A stretch of DNA of 64,000 nt, taken from Acutalibacteraceae bacterium (GTDB lineage: Bacteria > Bacillota > Clostridia > Oscillospirales > Acutalibacteraceae). Numbering within the stretch: position 1 is the stretch's first letter; every line of letters starts with the position of its first letter. The position numbers and the translations under genes were made by a program. The notes beneath the pieces were generated by a model. It made no database searches. It worked only from the letters and a program-made list of their open reading frames with translations, and was not told the origin of the DNA. Below, piece after piece: positions 25,936 to 35,061 of the stretch. Location: positions 487 through 64,486 of the forward strand of contig JAZSCF010000049.1 of assembly GCA_045602785.1 (NCBI GenBank), written 5' to 3'.

Positions 25936-27069
25936 ATGATATATTTTGATAATGCCGCGACAAGCGGCAAGAAACCTGAAAGCGTTATTAATGCAGTAAA
26001 TTTTGCGCTTAAAAATCTATCGGCTAATCCGGGGAGAAGTGGACACGATTTGTCTTTAAAAACCGCCGATGCCGTTTATAAAGTTAGGACAAAAGTTGCT
26101 GATTTTTTTGGGGCAGATGGACCTGAAAATGTTGTGTTCACACAAAACTGTACTCATGCGATAAACTTATGTTTGAAAGGAATAGCTAGTAAAGGCGACC
26201 ATATTGTTGTTTCAAATTTAGAACATAATTCGGTTATGAGACCGCTCAAACAGTGTAAAATTGCCTATTCAGTTGCTAAAGTTGACGAAACTGTTGACAA
26301 GACAATAGAAAATTTTAAAAATGCAATACAGCCTAATACAAGGCTTGTTTTTGTAACAGGCGCTTCTAATGTGACAGGACAAATTTTGCCGTTTCGCGAA
26401 ATTGGAGAAATATGTAAAAAACGAGGTATTTTATTTGGCGTGGATGCTGCTCAGATAGCGGGTGTTGTGCCGATTAATATGCAAAAAGATAATATTGATT
26501 TTTTGTGTATAGCGCCGCATAAGGGACTTTATGCACCTATGGGAATAGGTATACTGATATCCAGAAAACCGCTAAAAAACACCATTATTGAAGGTGGTAC
26601 AGGAACAGATTCTTATAATTATTCACAGCCTTTAGATATACCTGAAGGTTTTGAAAGTGGAACAATTAATGTACCTGCGATTATGGGCGTTGGTGCAGGT
26701 ATCGATTTTATAGAAAAATTGACACTTAAAAAAATTTATAAGCATGAATTTTTGCTTTTGGAAAAACTTTATAAAAAGCTTTCATCAATTGAAAATATTT
26801 TGCTTTATACAAAACCACCAATCTTTAGTGAAAATGTTGCAGTTTTGCCTTTTAATGAAAAGAATCTTGATAGTTATAAGTTGGCTGAAGTTTTAAATTC
26901 TTACGGTGTTGCGGTGCGTTCGGGACTTCATTGTGCACCAACCTCTCATATAGCAATCGGAACACCTGAAAGTGGTGCTTGCAGGGTAAGTTTTAGCGTT
27001 TTTAATAATTTACAAGAAGTTGAAAAATTAGCTTTCGTTTTGAGTAATAAAAATTTGAATAAAATCTAA
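25936..27069 (+). CDS. Class-V aminotransferase / cysteine desulfurase family protein
   Basis: MIYFDNAATS N-terminus, PLP-Lys block APHKGLYAP, GLHCAP. SD GGAGG precedes ATG 25936. Confidence 0.85.
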   Translation: MIYFDNAATSGKKPESVINAVNFALKNLSANPGRSGHDLSLKTADAVYKVRTKVADFFGADGPENVVFTQNCTHAINLCLKGIASKGDHIVVSNLEHNSVMRPLKQCKIAYSVAKVDETVDKTIENFKNAIQPNTRLVFVTGASNVTGQILPFREIGEICKKRGILFGVDAAQIAGVVPINMQKDNIDFLCIAPHKGLYAPMGIGILISRKPLKNTIIEGGTGTDSYNYSQPLDIPEGFESGTINVPAIMGVGAGIDFIEKLTLKKIYKHEFLLLEKLYKKLSSIENILLYTKPPIFSENVAVLPFNEKNLDSYKLAEVLNSYGVAVRSGLHCAPTSHIAIGTPESGACRVSFSVFNNLQEVEKLAFVLSNKNLNKI

Positions 27070-27077
27070 AAAAGGTG

Positions 27078-27106
27078 TTGAATGAAAGTATAAAGTATGA
27101 TACAAT
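27078..27106 (+). promoter_or_regulatory. Sigma-A type promoter for cdaA-cdaR
   Basis: TTGAAT - 17 nt - TACAAT with TGa extended -10. Confidence 0.55.
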
Positions 27107-27167
27107 ATACTTGAAATAATATTATTTAATAATATATAGACTTAAAGAAACGGAAGGCATTTTTAAA

Positions 27168-28091
27168 GTGAGTGGTATTTTTAATGCGATTTATGCAACG
27201 ATAAATCAAATAATTTACGCTATTTCGCACATTCGCGTGTTCGATATTTTGGACATACTGGTTATCGCTTTTATTATTTATAAAGCGATAGGCTTTTTGC
27301 GTGATTCAAGGGCTGGTCAGCTTGTAAAGGGTATAGTTGTTTTATTTGTTGTTTATGCTATTGCTGATTGGTGGAATCTTGTAACAGTACAGTGGATGCT
27401 TTCTAAGGTTATGAATTCTGTACTATTGGCTGCAGTTGTTATCTTTCAACCAGAGCTTAGAAGAATACTTGAAAATGTTGGTAAAACAAAATTTTCACGT
27501 GACCGCTTTTTTGATGATGAAAGCGTAATTTCCGAAAGTGTTGATAAAATAAGTAAAGCAGCAGGCTTTATGTCTGAAAAGAGAATTGGCGCGCTTATTG
27601 TTTTTGAACGCACAACGCAGTTGGGTGAAATTGTAAATACAGGCACCCATATTGATGCCGCTGTTTCTGTTTCAATTATAAATAACATTTTCTTCCCAAA
27701 ATCTCCGCTACACGATGGTGCAATGATTATTCGCGACGGTAGAGTTTTGGCGGCAGGCTGTATTTTACCGCTTACCCAAAACGATAATTTAAATTCTCAG
27801 CTTGGTACACGCCATAGAGCTGCTATTGGTATGAGTGAAAACTCTGATGCGGTGGTGCTTGTTGTTTCAGAAGAAACAGGTATTATTTCAATTGTTGAAG
27901 GTGGCAAAATTACGCGTAATTATAATTCGGTTACTGCAAGCGCTGAGCTTCGCCGTTTATTAATAGCTGATGAAAATCTCGACAAGAAGAATACCCTAAT
28001 TACAGCTATCAAAAACATTAATCCCTTTAAAAAGCACAAAATTGATGATGCGTTAACGGAAGCTATTCCAGAAGAAAGGACGGATGAATAA
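27168..28091 (+). CDS. cdaA: Diadenylate cyclase CdaA
   Basis: Three N-terminal TM segments and the DAC domain motifs HDGAMIIRDGRV and GTRHRAAIGMSE. Confidence 0.9.
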   Translation: MSGIFNAIYATINQIIYAISHIRVFDILDILVIAFIIYKAIGFLRDSRAGQLVKGIVVLFVVYAIADWWNLVTVQWMLSKVMNSVLLAAVVIFQPELRRILENVGKTKFSRDRFFDDESVISESVDKISKAAGFMSEKRIGALIVFERTTQLGEIVNTGTHIDAAVSVSIINNIFFPKSPLHDGAMIIRDGRVLAAGCILPLTQNDNLNSQLGTRHRAAIGMSENSDAVVLVVSEETGIISIVEGGKITRNYNSVTASAELRRLLIADENLDKKNTLITAIKNINPFKKHKIDDALTEAIPEERTDE

Positions 28092-29371
28092 TGGCTAAAA
28101 TTTCAAAATTTATTTCTTCCTTTTCTTTAAGAAAATTGCTTAACAATAAGCGGTTTACCATTCCGTTTTCTATACTTTTAGCCTTTATAATTTGGCTTGT
28201 TATTGTAACAAAAGAAAACCCAATTATTGACCGCAGCTTTGCTGATATGACAGTAAATGTAAACCTTGATAATACAATAGCTTCTGAAAATGGAATGAGT
28301 ATGATTGGTGATATTTCATCTCAAAAGTTTACTGTAATAGCACGCGGTCCAACATACCTTATAAATTCCCTTAAAAGTGAAAACTTTAATGTTTACGCTT
28401 CTGCGGCGGCTGTCGATGCACCGGGTGAATATGATTTAGATGTTGTGGCACTTCCGGTAGATGCTAATAAGGGTTACGAAGTACTAAAGGTAGTACCATC
28501 TACAGTCAAGGTTTCTTTTGACTATATTGATACTAAAGAATTTACTGTAAAAGCATTGGCTGAAGGTGTTACTGCAAGCGAGGGTCTTATTGCTGAAAAC
28601 TCGGTTGTGAGCGGTGCAGAAAGTGATACAATAACTATTCAAGGTCCCCGTACAGTACTTAATAAGATTGATTCGGTTGTTGCATTCACTAATGTTAATA
28701 AAACACTTTCCGCAAGCCAAACCTTTGATGCTACAATTAAGCTGTACGATAAGGACAATAAAGAGCTTCCTTTGGAAAATTTAACATTAAGTGCTACAAA
28801 GGTTAAGGTTACGGTTCCTATTTCAAAAAAGAAAACTGTTTCGGTTAAGGTTGCATTTTCTAATTTGCCTGAAGGCTTTGATACTTCAACATTGTCTTAT
28901 ACAATCAATACCAAATCGGTTACTGTAATAGGTACACCCGAAACTGTTGATAAAATAAAAAATATTACTCTTTCACCAATAGATATTTCTAAGGTTGACA
29001 GGCAAAATAACAGCTTTGATGTTTCGGCTACACTGCCTGACGGTGTTCGTTTGCTTGATAATATTGAACATTTTACGGTTAAATTTAATCTTTACAATTA
29101 TATTACCCGTAAGATTGATGTTTCAAAGTTTTCATTTAAAAACTTGAATAATGACCTTAAGGCTTCGGGATATAAGCTTAAAAATATTGTTGTTTTCGGT
29201 CCAAGAAGAGCAGTAAATAATCTTGATACTAAAGATGTTTATGCTGCTGTTGATCTTGCTAACAAAAAAGCAGGTGAACACACAGTACAGGTTGTGTTAG
29301 GCTTTAAGGAAGATAATAATATTTGGGCATTAGGCAGTTACGATACAAGTGTTACTGTTAAGAAAAAATAA
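28091..29371 (+). CDS. cdaR: CdaR (YbbR-domain) regulator of CdaA
   Basis: N-terminal TM segment and repeated YbbR-like beta domains. ATG overlaps the cdaA stop. Confidence 0.8.
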   Translation: MAKISKFISSFSLRKLLNNKRFTIPFSILLAFIIWLVIVTKENPIIDRSFADMTVNVNLDNTIASENGMSMIGDISSQKFTVIARGPTYLINSLKSENFNVYASAAAVDAPGEYDLDVVALPVDANKGYEVLKVVPSTVKVSFDYIDTKEFTVKALAEGVTASEGLIAENSVVSGAESDTITIQGPRTVLNKIDSVVAFTNVNKTLSASQTFDATIKLYDKDNKELPLENLTLSATKVKVTVPISKKKTVSVKVAFSNLPEGFDTSTLSYTINTKSVTVIGTPETVDKIKNITLSPIDISKVDRQNNSFDVSATLPDGVRLLDNIEHFTVKFNLYNYITRKIDVSKFSFKNLNNDLKASGYKLKNIVVFGPRRAVNNLDTKDVYAAVDLANKKAGEHTVQVVLGFKEDNNIWALGSYDTSVTVKKK

Positions 29372-29380
29372 TAGGGCAAT

Positions 29381-29416
29381 TGCCCAACTTCTCTAAGGGG
29401 AGTTGGGCAGTTTTTT
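29381..29416 (+). terminator. Rho-independent terminator after cdaR
   Basis: 9-bp stem tgcccaact/agttgggca followed by T6. Confidence 0.85.
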
Positions 29417-29468
29417 GAATACACTGTCAAATTCCTTTTATTTGCGTATTATGTTTTGGGGGGATTTG

Positions 29469-29759
29469 ATGGAGTTATTTTGTTTATTAAGCTTACTTGC
29501 TTTCGCAGTTTTTGGTTTTAGTGAATTTTTACATATTATAAGGCTTTATATTGTTTTTCCAAAAGCTAAAATTAATTCATGTCTTGTAATAAAATTAAGG
29601 GATGCTAATGCCGAAAAGCAAGCATTATACGCTTGCGAACAATTTCGTTGGTACGGTAGAAGATTTGCCGATTCAATTAGTTTTGACTGTGATAGTTTAA
29701 GTAAGGACGTATATAATCGTTGTCAAAAAATTTGCGAAAAATATGGTATAGAAATTTGA
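29469..29759 (+). CDS. Hypothetical small membrane-anchored protein (96 aa)
   Basis: ATG 29469 after GGGGG. One N-terminal TM segment and a Cys-rich soluble tail. The 29403 start would lie inside the terminator. Confidence 0.45.
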   Translation: MELFCLLSLLAFAVFGFSEFLHIIRLYIVFPKAKINSCLVIKLRDANAEKQALYACEQFRWYGRRFADSISFDCDSLSKDVYNRCQKICEKYGIEI

Positions 29760-29774
29760 AAGGAAGGTAATTTT

Positions 29775-31979
29775 GTGGAAACTATAAATGCTGAAGTTGT
29801 AAAAATTACCTTTCGTAATGAATCTAATTATTATACAGTAGCTGTACTAAGGAATGGAACAGAAGAGTTTATAGGTGTAGGCACAATGCCCTTTTTAAAC
29901 GAGGGCGATTTTGCTGATTTTACGGGTGATTTTACTGTTCACCAAACCTACGGTGAACAATTTAAGGTTGAAAGCTTTGAAAAAAATGCACCTAAAAGCG
30001 CTGCGGCAATTTTAAAATATTTGTCATCAGGCGCGATAAAAGGTGTAGGCCCATCTACCGCAGGGCGTATAGTTGAAAAATTTGGTGAACAAAGCTTAGA
30101 AATTATACAAAATAGTCCGCAGTCGCTTGCAACCATTAAAGGTATTTCGCTTAATAAAGCTATGAGCATATCCCAAGAATACGCTAAGCAGTATGGTATT
30201 CGCGATATTATGCTTATGCTTTCAAAGTTTAATGTCACACCCGATAGATGTGTTGATATTTATAAAAAATACGGTCAAAAGTCTATTGAATATATAAAGT
30301 CCAACCCTTATTTACTTTGTCAGGAGGGTATTGATTTTAGTTTTGAGCTTGTGGAAGATATTGCTAACGACTTTGGCTTTGATATGGCTAGTGAGACCCG
30401 TATAAGCGCGGGAATAGAATACGTTTTGCGCAGGAATTTATATAACGGACATACCTGTCTTCCGCGTAAAAAATTTGTACCTGTTGCTTGCAAGCTTTTG
30501 GGTTGCAGTGAGTCAATGGTAGAAACTTGCTGTGATACATTACTGTCAACTTTTTCACTTTGCAGTAAAGAAATCGGCGGGGTTGAATATTTATCAATAC
30601 CGTCGTACTTCAATGCCGAGCAGTATATTGCGGCACGGCTTGTTTCGGTTAAGGATTTTATTAACTCTAAAATAATGGTGGACGAGCTTGAAATTAAAGC
30701 TGTTGAAAATAGTTTAGGTATTAAGTTTGAAGCACTACAGCGCGATGCTATTTTTGAAACCTTTAAAAATGGTATTTTGGTGCTTACAGGTGGACCCGGT
30801 ACAGGTAAAACCACCACTTTAAATGCTATAATAAAGCTTTTTCAAAATAGGGATATGATAATAGAGCTTGCCGCCCCCACAGGCAGAGCTGCCAAGCGTA
30901 TGACCGAGCTTACTGGTAGGGAAGCTAAAACTATCCATAGGTTGCTTGAAGTAGAGTGGGTAGATGGGGATAAACAGCAGTTTTGCCGTAATGAAAGAAA
31001 TCCGCTTGACTGTGATGTTATAATAATTGATGAAGCATCTATGATTGATGCTTTATTATTTGAAAATCTTTTAAAAGCATTGCGGCTTAATTGCCGAATA
31101 ATTTTGGTGGGTGATTCTGACCAATTACCAAGTATTGGTGCAGGTAATGTTTTAGGTGATATTTTAGCGGCTGATGTTTTTCCGGCTATAAGGCTTAACA
31201 AAGTATTCCGCCAAGCTAATGAGAGTATGATTGTTCGTAATGCTCATGCTATTATCAAAAACGAAGAAGTTGATTTTAGCAATAAAAAGTCGGACTGCTT
31301 TTTTATGGAAAGGCTTGATAAATACTCTGTGGTAGAAACGGTGTTATCACTCGTGACCGAGCGTTTACCCGCGGCCTATAACTTCGACCCTATTACCGAT
31401 ATTCAGGTGCTTTGCCCATCAAGAATGCTTGATACTGGTGCTAATAACCTTAATAATTTGCTGCAAGAAAAACTTAATCCGCGCGTTAGAAATGCTCCGC
31501 AATTAGCGTATAAGGGCGTATATTTTCGCGAAGGCGATAAGGTTATGCAAATTAAAAATAACTATGATATTGAGTTTAAAAAAGATGACGGTACATACGG
31601 TAGCGGCGTTTTTAACGGCGATATGGGTTGCATTACCGAGATTGATAACCGCGCAGGTATTATGAAAGTAAGGTTTGAAGACCGTGTTGTTACATATTTT
31701 AATGAAGATTTTAATCAGTTAGAGCTTGCGTACGCGGTAACAGTTCATAAAAGCCAAGGAAGTGAATATCCCTGTGTAATAGTACCGCTTTTGGATATAC
31801 CTTCAAAGCTTATGTACCGCAATCTGCTTTATACAGCGGTTACAAGGGCTAAGGATTTACTTGTTTTAGTGGGGAGTAAATCAGTTTTTGCAAAAATGTC
31901 AGAAAACGACCGTAAAACCTTAAGGTACACCTTGCTTGAGGAATTTTTAAAGGAAAACTTACGTGATGAAAGTTTTTGA
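29775..31979 (+). CDS. recD2: ATP-dependent RecD-like DNA helicase (RecD2)
   Basis: Walker A GGPGTGKTT, DEASM, VGDSDQLPS and AVTVHKSQGSEY. Confidence 0.9.
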   Translation: METINAEVVKITFRNESNYYTVAVLRNGTEEFIGVGTMPFLNEGDFADFTGDFTVHQTYGEQFKVESFEKNAPKSAAAILKYLSSGAIKGVGPSTAGRIVEKFGEQSLEIIQNSPQSLATIKGISLNKAMSISQEYAKQYGIRDIMLMLSKFNVTPDRCVDIYKKYGQKSIEYIKSNPYLLCQEGIDFSFELVEDIANDFGFDMASETRISAGIEYVLRRNLYNGHTCLPRKKFVPVACKLLGCSESMVETCCDTLLSTFSLCSKEIGGVEYLSIPSYFNAEQYIAARLVSVKDFINSKIMVDELEIKAVENSLGIKFEALQRDAIFETFKNGILVLTGGPGTGKTTTLNAIIKLFQNRDMIIELAAPTGRAAKRMTELTGREAKTIHRLLEVEWVDGDKQQFCRNERNPLDCDVIIIDEASMIDALLFENLLKALRLNCRIILVGDSDQLPSIGAGNVLGDILAADVFPAIRLNKVFRQANESMIVRNAHAIIKNEEVDFSNKKSDCFFMERLDKYSVVETVLSLVTERLPAAYNFDPITDIQVLCPSRMLDTGANNLNNLLQEKLNPRVRNAPQLAYKGVYFREGDKVMQIKNNYDIEFKKDDGTYGSGVFNGDMGCITEIDNRAGIMKVRFEDRVVTYFNEDFNQLELAYAVTVHKSQGSEYPCVIVPLLDIPSKLMYRNLLYTAVTRAKDLLVLVGSKSVFAKMSENDRKTLRYTLLEEFLKENLRDESF

Positions 31980-32682
31980 TATTGTTGTAAATGCTTTATT
32001 CCCAAATAAATGTATTGCTTGCGGTACAATTATTAATCGCGAAGAAGCTTTGTGCGATTACTGTTATAGTAAAATCGAGCGTGTTGATTTTTTTAGTGCT
32101 TGTAAGCGTTGCGGTGCGCCTAAAAAACTGTGTGAGTGTAAATACCGCGTTTTTCATTTTAGCGGAATGACAGCACCTTTTTATAATGGTGATGTTGCAA
32201 AAGCGGCAATGTACAAATATAAGTTTGAAAAATTAACTATTTGTGCGAATTATTTCGCTTATGAGATGGCTAAAGCTATTAAAAACACTTATTTTGATAT
32301 TGAATTTGATGGTATAGTTTACGTTCCAATGTCTAACCGCAAAAGGTTAAAGCGTGGTTTTAATCAGTCACAAGAGCTTGCAAAAAGACTTTCTAAATTA
32401 CTCGGTGTAGCAGTATATAATGATGTGCTTTTGGCAAGGCATAAGCCACAGCAACAACACGATATGCACCTTAAAGAGCGATTTAAAAATGTTAAGGGTA
32501 TATACTATTACAATAAAAAGGTAACAGGTAAAACAATTTTACTTGTTGATGATATTAAGACTACGGGCGCAACCTTGGATGAATGCGCAAAGCAGTTACT
32601 ATTAGCAGGTGCTAATGATGTGTATTGTGTAACGGGTCTTTTGACAAAACCTAAGGAAAGGAAAAAAACAAATGGCAGTTGA
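31966..32682 (+). CDS. comFC: ComF family protein (phosphoribosyltransferase domain)
   Basis: N-terminal Cys-pairs zinc finger and PRT motif LLVDDIKTTGATL. Overlaps the recD2 end. Confidence 0.85.
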   Translation: MKVFDIVVNALFPNKCIACGTIINREEALCDYCYSKIERVDFFSACKRCGAPKKLCECKYRVFHFSGMTAPFYNGDVAKAAMYKYKFEKLTICANYFAYEMAKAIKNTYFDIEFDGIVYVPMSNRKRLKRGFNQSQELAKRLSKLLGVAVYNDVLLARHKPQQQHDMHLKERFKNVKGIYYYNKKVTGKTILLVDDIKTTGATLDECAKQLLLAGANDVYCVTGLLTKPKERKKTNGS

Positions 32683-33694
32683 TGTAGGAATAGATTTAGG
32701 TTCTTCTAAAACAGTTATTTTTTCAAGTTCAAAAGTAGTATTGGAAGTGCCTAATGTTGTTACTGTTGATAGCGATAGTTGGGAAGTGGTTTATACAGGT
32801 GAAAAGGCTAAACAAACCTTGGGTAGAACGCCTGAGAGTATGCAAACCGTTTTTCCTATAGAACACGGTGTTATTTCTGATTATGATTTAGCAGAATATA
32901 TGCTAAAAGAATATATGGGAGAAGCTTTTGGTAATAAGATTATGCGCCCACGTATTATGGCAACACTACCTGCAGGTCTTACTGAATTGCAACACCACTC
33001 GCTTTCTAATGTGTTAGAGTCGGCAGGGGGTAGGAATATTACAGTTATTGAAAGCCCTTTGGCAATAGCTTTTGGTTTAGGTCTTGATTTTTCAACACCG
33101 CACGGAAGTCTTATTGTGGATATAGGCGCTGGTACCACTGATGTTGCGGTGATTTCTATGGGTGATATTTCGGTTTGCAACTCGTTTAAAACTGCGTCTT
33201 ATGATATTGATGCGCAAATTATGCGTTATGTTAGAAAAGAGTTTAATATAGAAATAGGTCAGCTTACTGCTGAGTCTATAAAAATAAAGGTTGGCACGGC
33301 GGTTGAACGCGATGTTGAAATCGCTGTTATTGCGAAGGGTAGAAATGTGTTTACAGGCTTGCCTGAAAGCTTTGAAATTACTTCAAGCGAAGTATATGAA
33401 GCTATTAGAGATACTGTTGATACAATTTGTAACGCTATTCGCGAAGTGCTAAATAAAACCGACCCTGATTTAGTCGCTGATATTATGGCTGACGGTATGT
33501 ACCTTGCAGGCGGAGGCTCGCAGCTTTTAGGCTTCCCACAAAAGATTAGCGAGTATTTAGGTATAGAAGTTCATCATTTAAGCGACCCTGCACATAGTGT
33601 TGTTAGAGGTGCTGCCGTGGCGCTTAAGAATAGCGATTTACTTAAAAATGTTGATTATCAAATGCGTTCTATTAAAGAACTTGAAATAGAATAG
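32672..33694 (+). CDS. MreB/Mbl-like actin-family rod-shape protein (divergent)
   Basis: GIDLGSSKTVIF, DIGAGTTDVAV and LAGGGSQLLG actin-fold motifs. Confidence 0.75.
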   Translation: MAVDVGIDLGSSKTVIFSSSKVVLEVPNVVTVDSDSWEVVYTGEKAKQTLGRTPESMQTVFPIEHGVISDYDLAEYMLKEYMGEAFGNKIMRPRIMATLPAGLTELQHHSLSNVLESAGGRNITVIESPLAIAFGLGLDFSTPHGSLIVDIGAGTTDVAVISMGDISVCNSFKTASYDIDAQIMRYVRKEFNIEIGQLTAESIKIKVGTAVERDVEIAVIAKGRNVFTGLPESFEITSSEVYEAIRDTVDTICNAIREVLNKTDPDLVADIMADGMYLAGGGSQLLGFPQKISEYLGIEVHHLSDPAHSVVRGAAVALKNSDLLKNVDYQMRSIKELEIE

Positions 33695-33705
33695 AGGTTA
33701 AGTTT

Positions 33706-34887
33706 ATGTTAAATGAAAAAATGCTACAATTAGGTGAAAATCGTTCGGTTATACGCGAGATTTTTGAGTACGGCAATAAAAGAAGAGCAGAAATTGGCGC
33801 CGAAAATGTGTATGATTTTAGTCTTGGTAATCCAAGTATACCGGCGCCAAAGGAAGTAAATGAAGCAATGATAAAGTTGCTTACCGAAACCGACCCTGTA
33901 AAGCTACATGGCTATACTTCTGCACAGGGAGCACCCGATGTTCGTAAGACTATTGCCGATAGTATTAACCGCCGTTTTGGTGTAAACGCTGACCCTAATT
34001 TAATTTATATGACCTGCGGTGCGGCAGCTTCATTAACAATAAGTCTTAACGCTATTTGTAATAATGGGGATGAGGTTATAGCACTAGCGCCGTTTTTCCC
34101 TGAATACCGCGTTTTTGCTGAAAAAGCAGGCGCAAAATTGGTTGTTGCAAAGTGTAGTGAAAGTGATTTTCAAATTGATTTCTCGGTGCTTGAAAACGCA
34201 ATTACCCCTAATACAAAGGCTATTATTGTAAACTCTCCAAATAATCCTACGGGTGTTGTTTTATCAAAGGATACTATAATTAAATTGGCAAGCCTTTTAA
34301 ATAAAAAACAACAAGAATACGGAAAACGTATTTTCATTATTTGCGATGAGCCTTACCGTGAGTTAGCTTACGGGGTAGAAGTGCCTTACATACCCGAATT
34401 TTACAATAATACTATAGTTTGCTATTCTTATAGTAAATCGTTATCCCTACCCGGTGAGCGTATAGGCTATATTTTTGTTTCCCCTAATATTGATAACTGC
34501 AATAAGGTTTATGCCGCTGTTTGCGGTGCAGGTAGAGCATTAGGCTTTGTTTGTGCGCCAAGTCTTTTACAGTTTACAGTAAAGGACTGTGTTGACTTAA
34601 CGGGTGATGTTAGCGCTTATAAAAAGAACCGTGATTTGCTTTATAATGCGCTTACTGAATATGGCTATACTGCCGCTAAGCCGGATGGTGCATTTTATCT
34701 GTTTATAAAATCTCCCGAACCTGATGCAAACGCTTTTTGTGAAAAAGCTAAAAAGTACGATTTGTTATTAGTACCTAGTGATTCCTTTGGCTTTGAAGGT
34801 TATGTTAGAATAAGCTATTGTGTATCATATAGCCAAATTGAAAAATCACTTCCTTATTTTAAAAAGTTAATAGAAGAATATAAGTAA
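33706..34887 (+). CDS. PLP-dependent aminotransferase (class I, aspartate aminotransferase-like)
   Basis: NSPNNPTG and SYSKSLSLPGERIGY (PLP Lys). Confidence 0.85.
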   Translation: MLNEKMLQLGENRSVIREIFEYGNKRRAEIGAENVYDFSLGNPSIPAPKEVNEAMIKLLTETDPVKLHGYTSAQGAPDVRKTIADSINRRFGVNADPNLIYMTCGAAASLTISLNAICNNGDEVIALAPFFPEYRVFAEKAGAKLVVAKCSESDFQIDFSVLENAITPNTKAIIVNSPNNPTGVVLSKDTIIKLASLLNKKQQEYGKRIFIICDEPYRELAYGVEVPYIPEFYNNTIVCYSYSKSLSLPGERIGYIFVSPNIDNCNKVYAAVCGAGRALGFVCAPSLLQFTVKDCVDLTGDVSAYKKNRDLLYNALTEYGYTAAKPDGAFYLFIKSPEPDANAFCEKAKKYDLLLVPSDSFGFEGYVRISYCVSYSQIEKSLPYFKKLIEEYK

Positions 34888-34892
34888 AGAAA

Positions 34893-34926
34893 GCAGCTTG
34901 AAGTTGATTTTCAAGGTGCGTTTTTT
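34893..34926 (+). terminator. Rho-independent terminator
   Basis: gcagcttgaa / ttcaaggtgc stem (one mismatch) followed by T6. Confidence 0.7.
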
Positions 34927-34986
34927 CTTAAAATTTTCATAAATTTAATGTGTTAAAAACTTTTTTAAAAAAATGTAAAATTTGTA

Positions 34987-35014
34987 TTGACTTTTATTAT
35001 TAATTAGTTATAAT
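34987..35014 (+). promoter_or_regulatory. Sigma-A type promoter for the ABC exporter gene
   Basis: TTGACT - 16 nt - TATAAT. Confidence 0.6.
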
Positions 35015-35061
35015 GAAAGCAAACAAAATAAACTTTCGCACTTGAAAGTGGGGGCGATGTC

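Noticed and set aside
29403-29468. The longer ORF start at 29403 for the small membrane protein. Similar 5' extensions are 9041 (oxidoreductase), 10885 (GRE), 20237 (serine hydrolase), 25924, 50044 and 53116.
   Set aside because: The extensions run through a terminator hairpin or the upstream gene and lack SD sequences. Internal ATGs with good SD spacing and family-typical N-termini are preferred.
29948-31201. Antisense ORFs of 96-165 aa inside recD2. Similar antisense or out-of-frame ORFs occur inside lysC, hydB, hydA, the GRE and the oxidoreductases.
   Set aside because: These are typical antisense or alternative-frame artefacts of AT-rich coding DNA. They show no family motifs and are fully overlapped by confidently identified genes.
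29775-32682. RecD-like helicase plus ComF were considered as a possible anti-phage or competence island.
   Set aside because: recD2-comFC adjacency in a housekeeping context (cdaAR upstream, mreB-like downstream) is common in Firmicutes. No nuclease, methylase or other defence partners are present.
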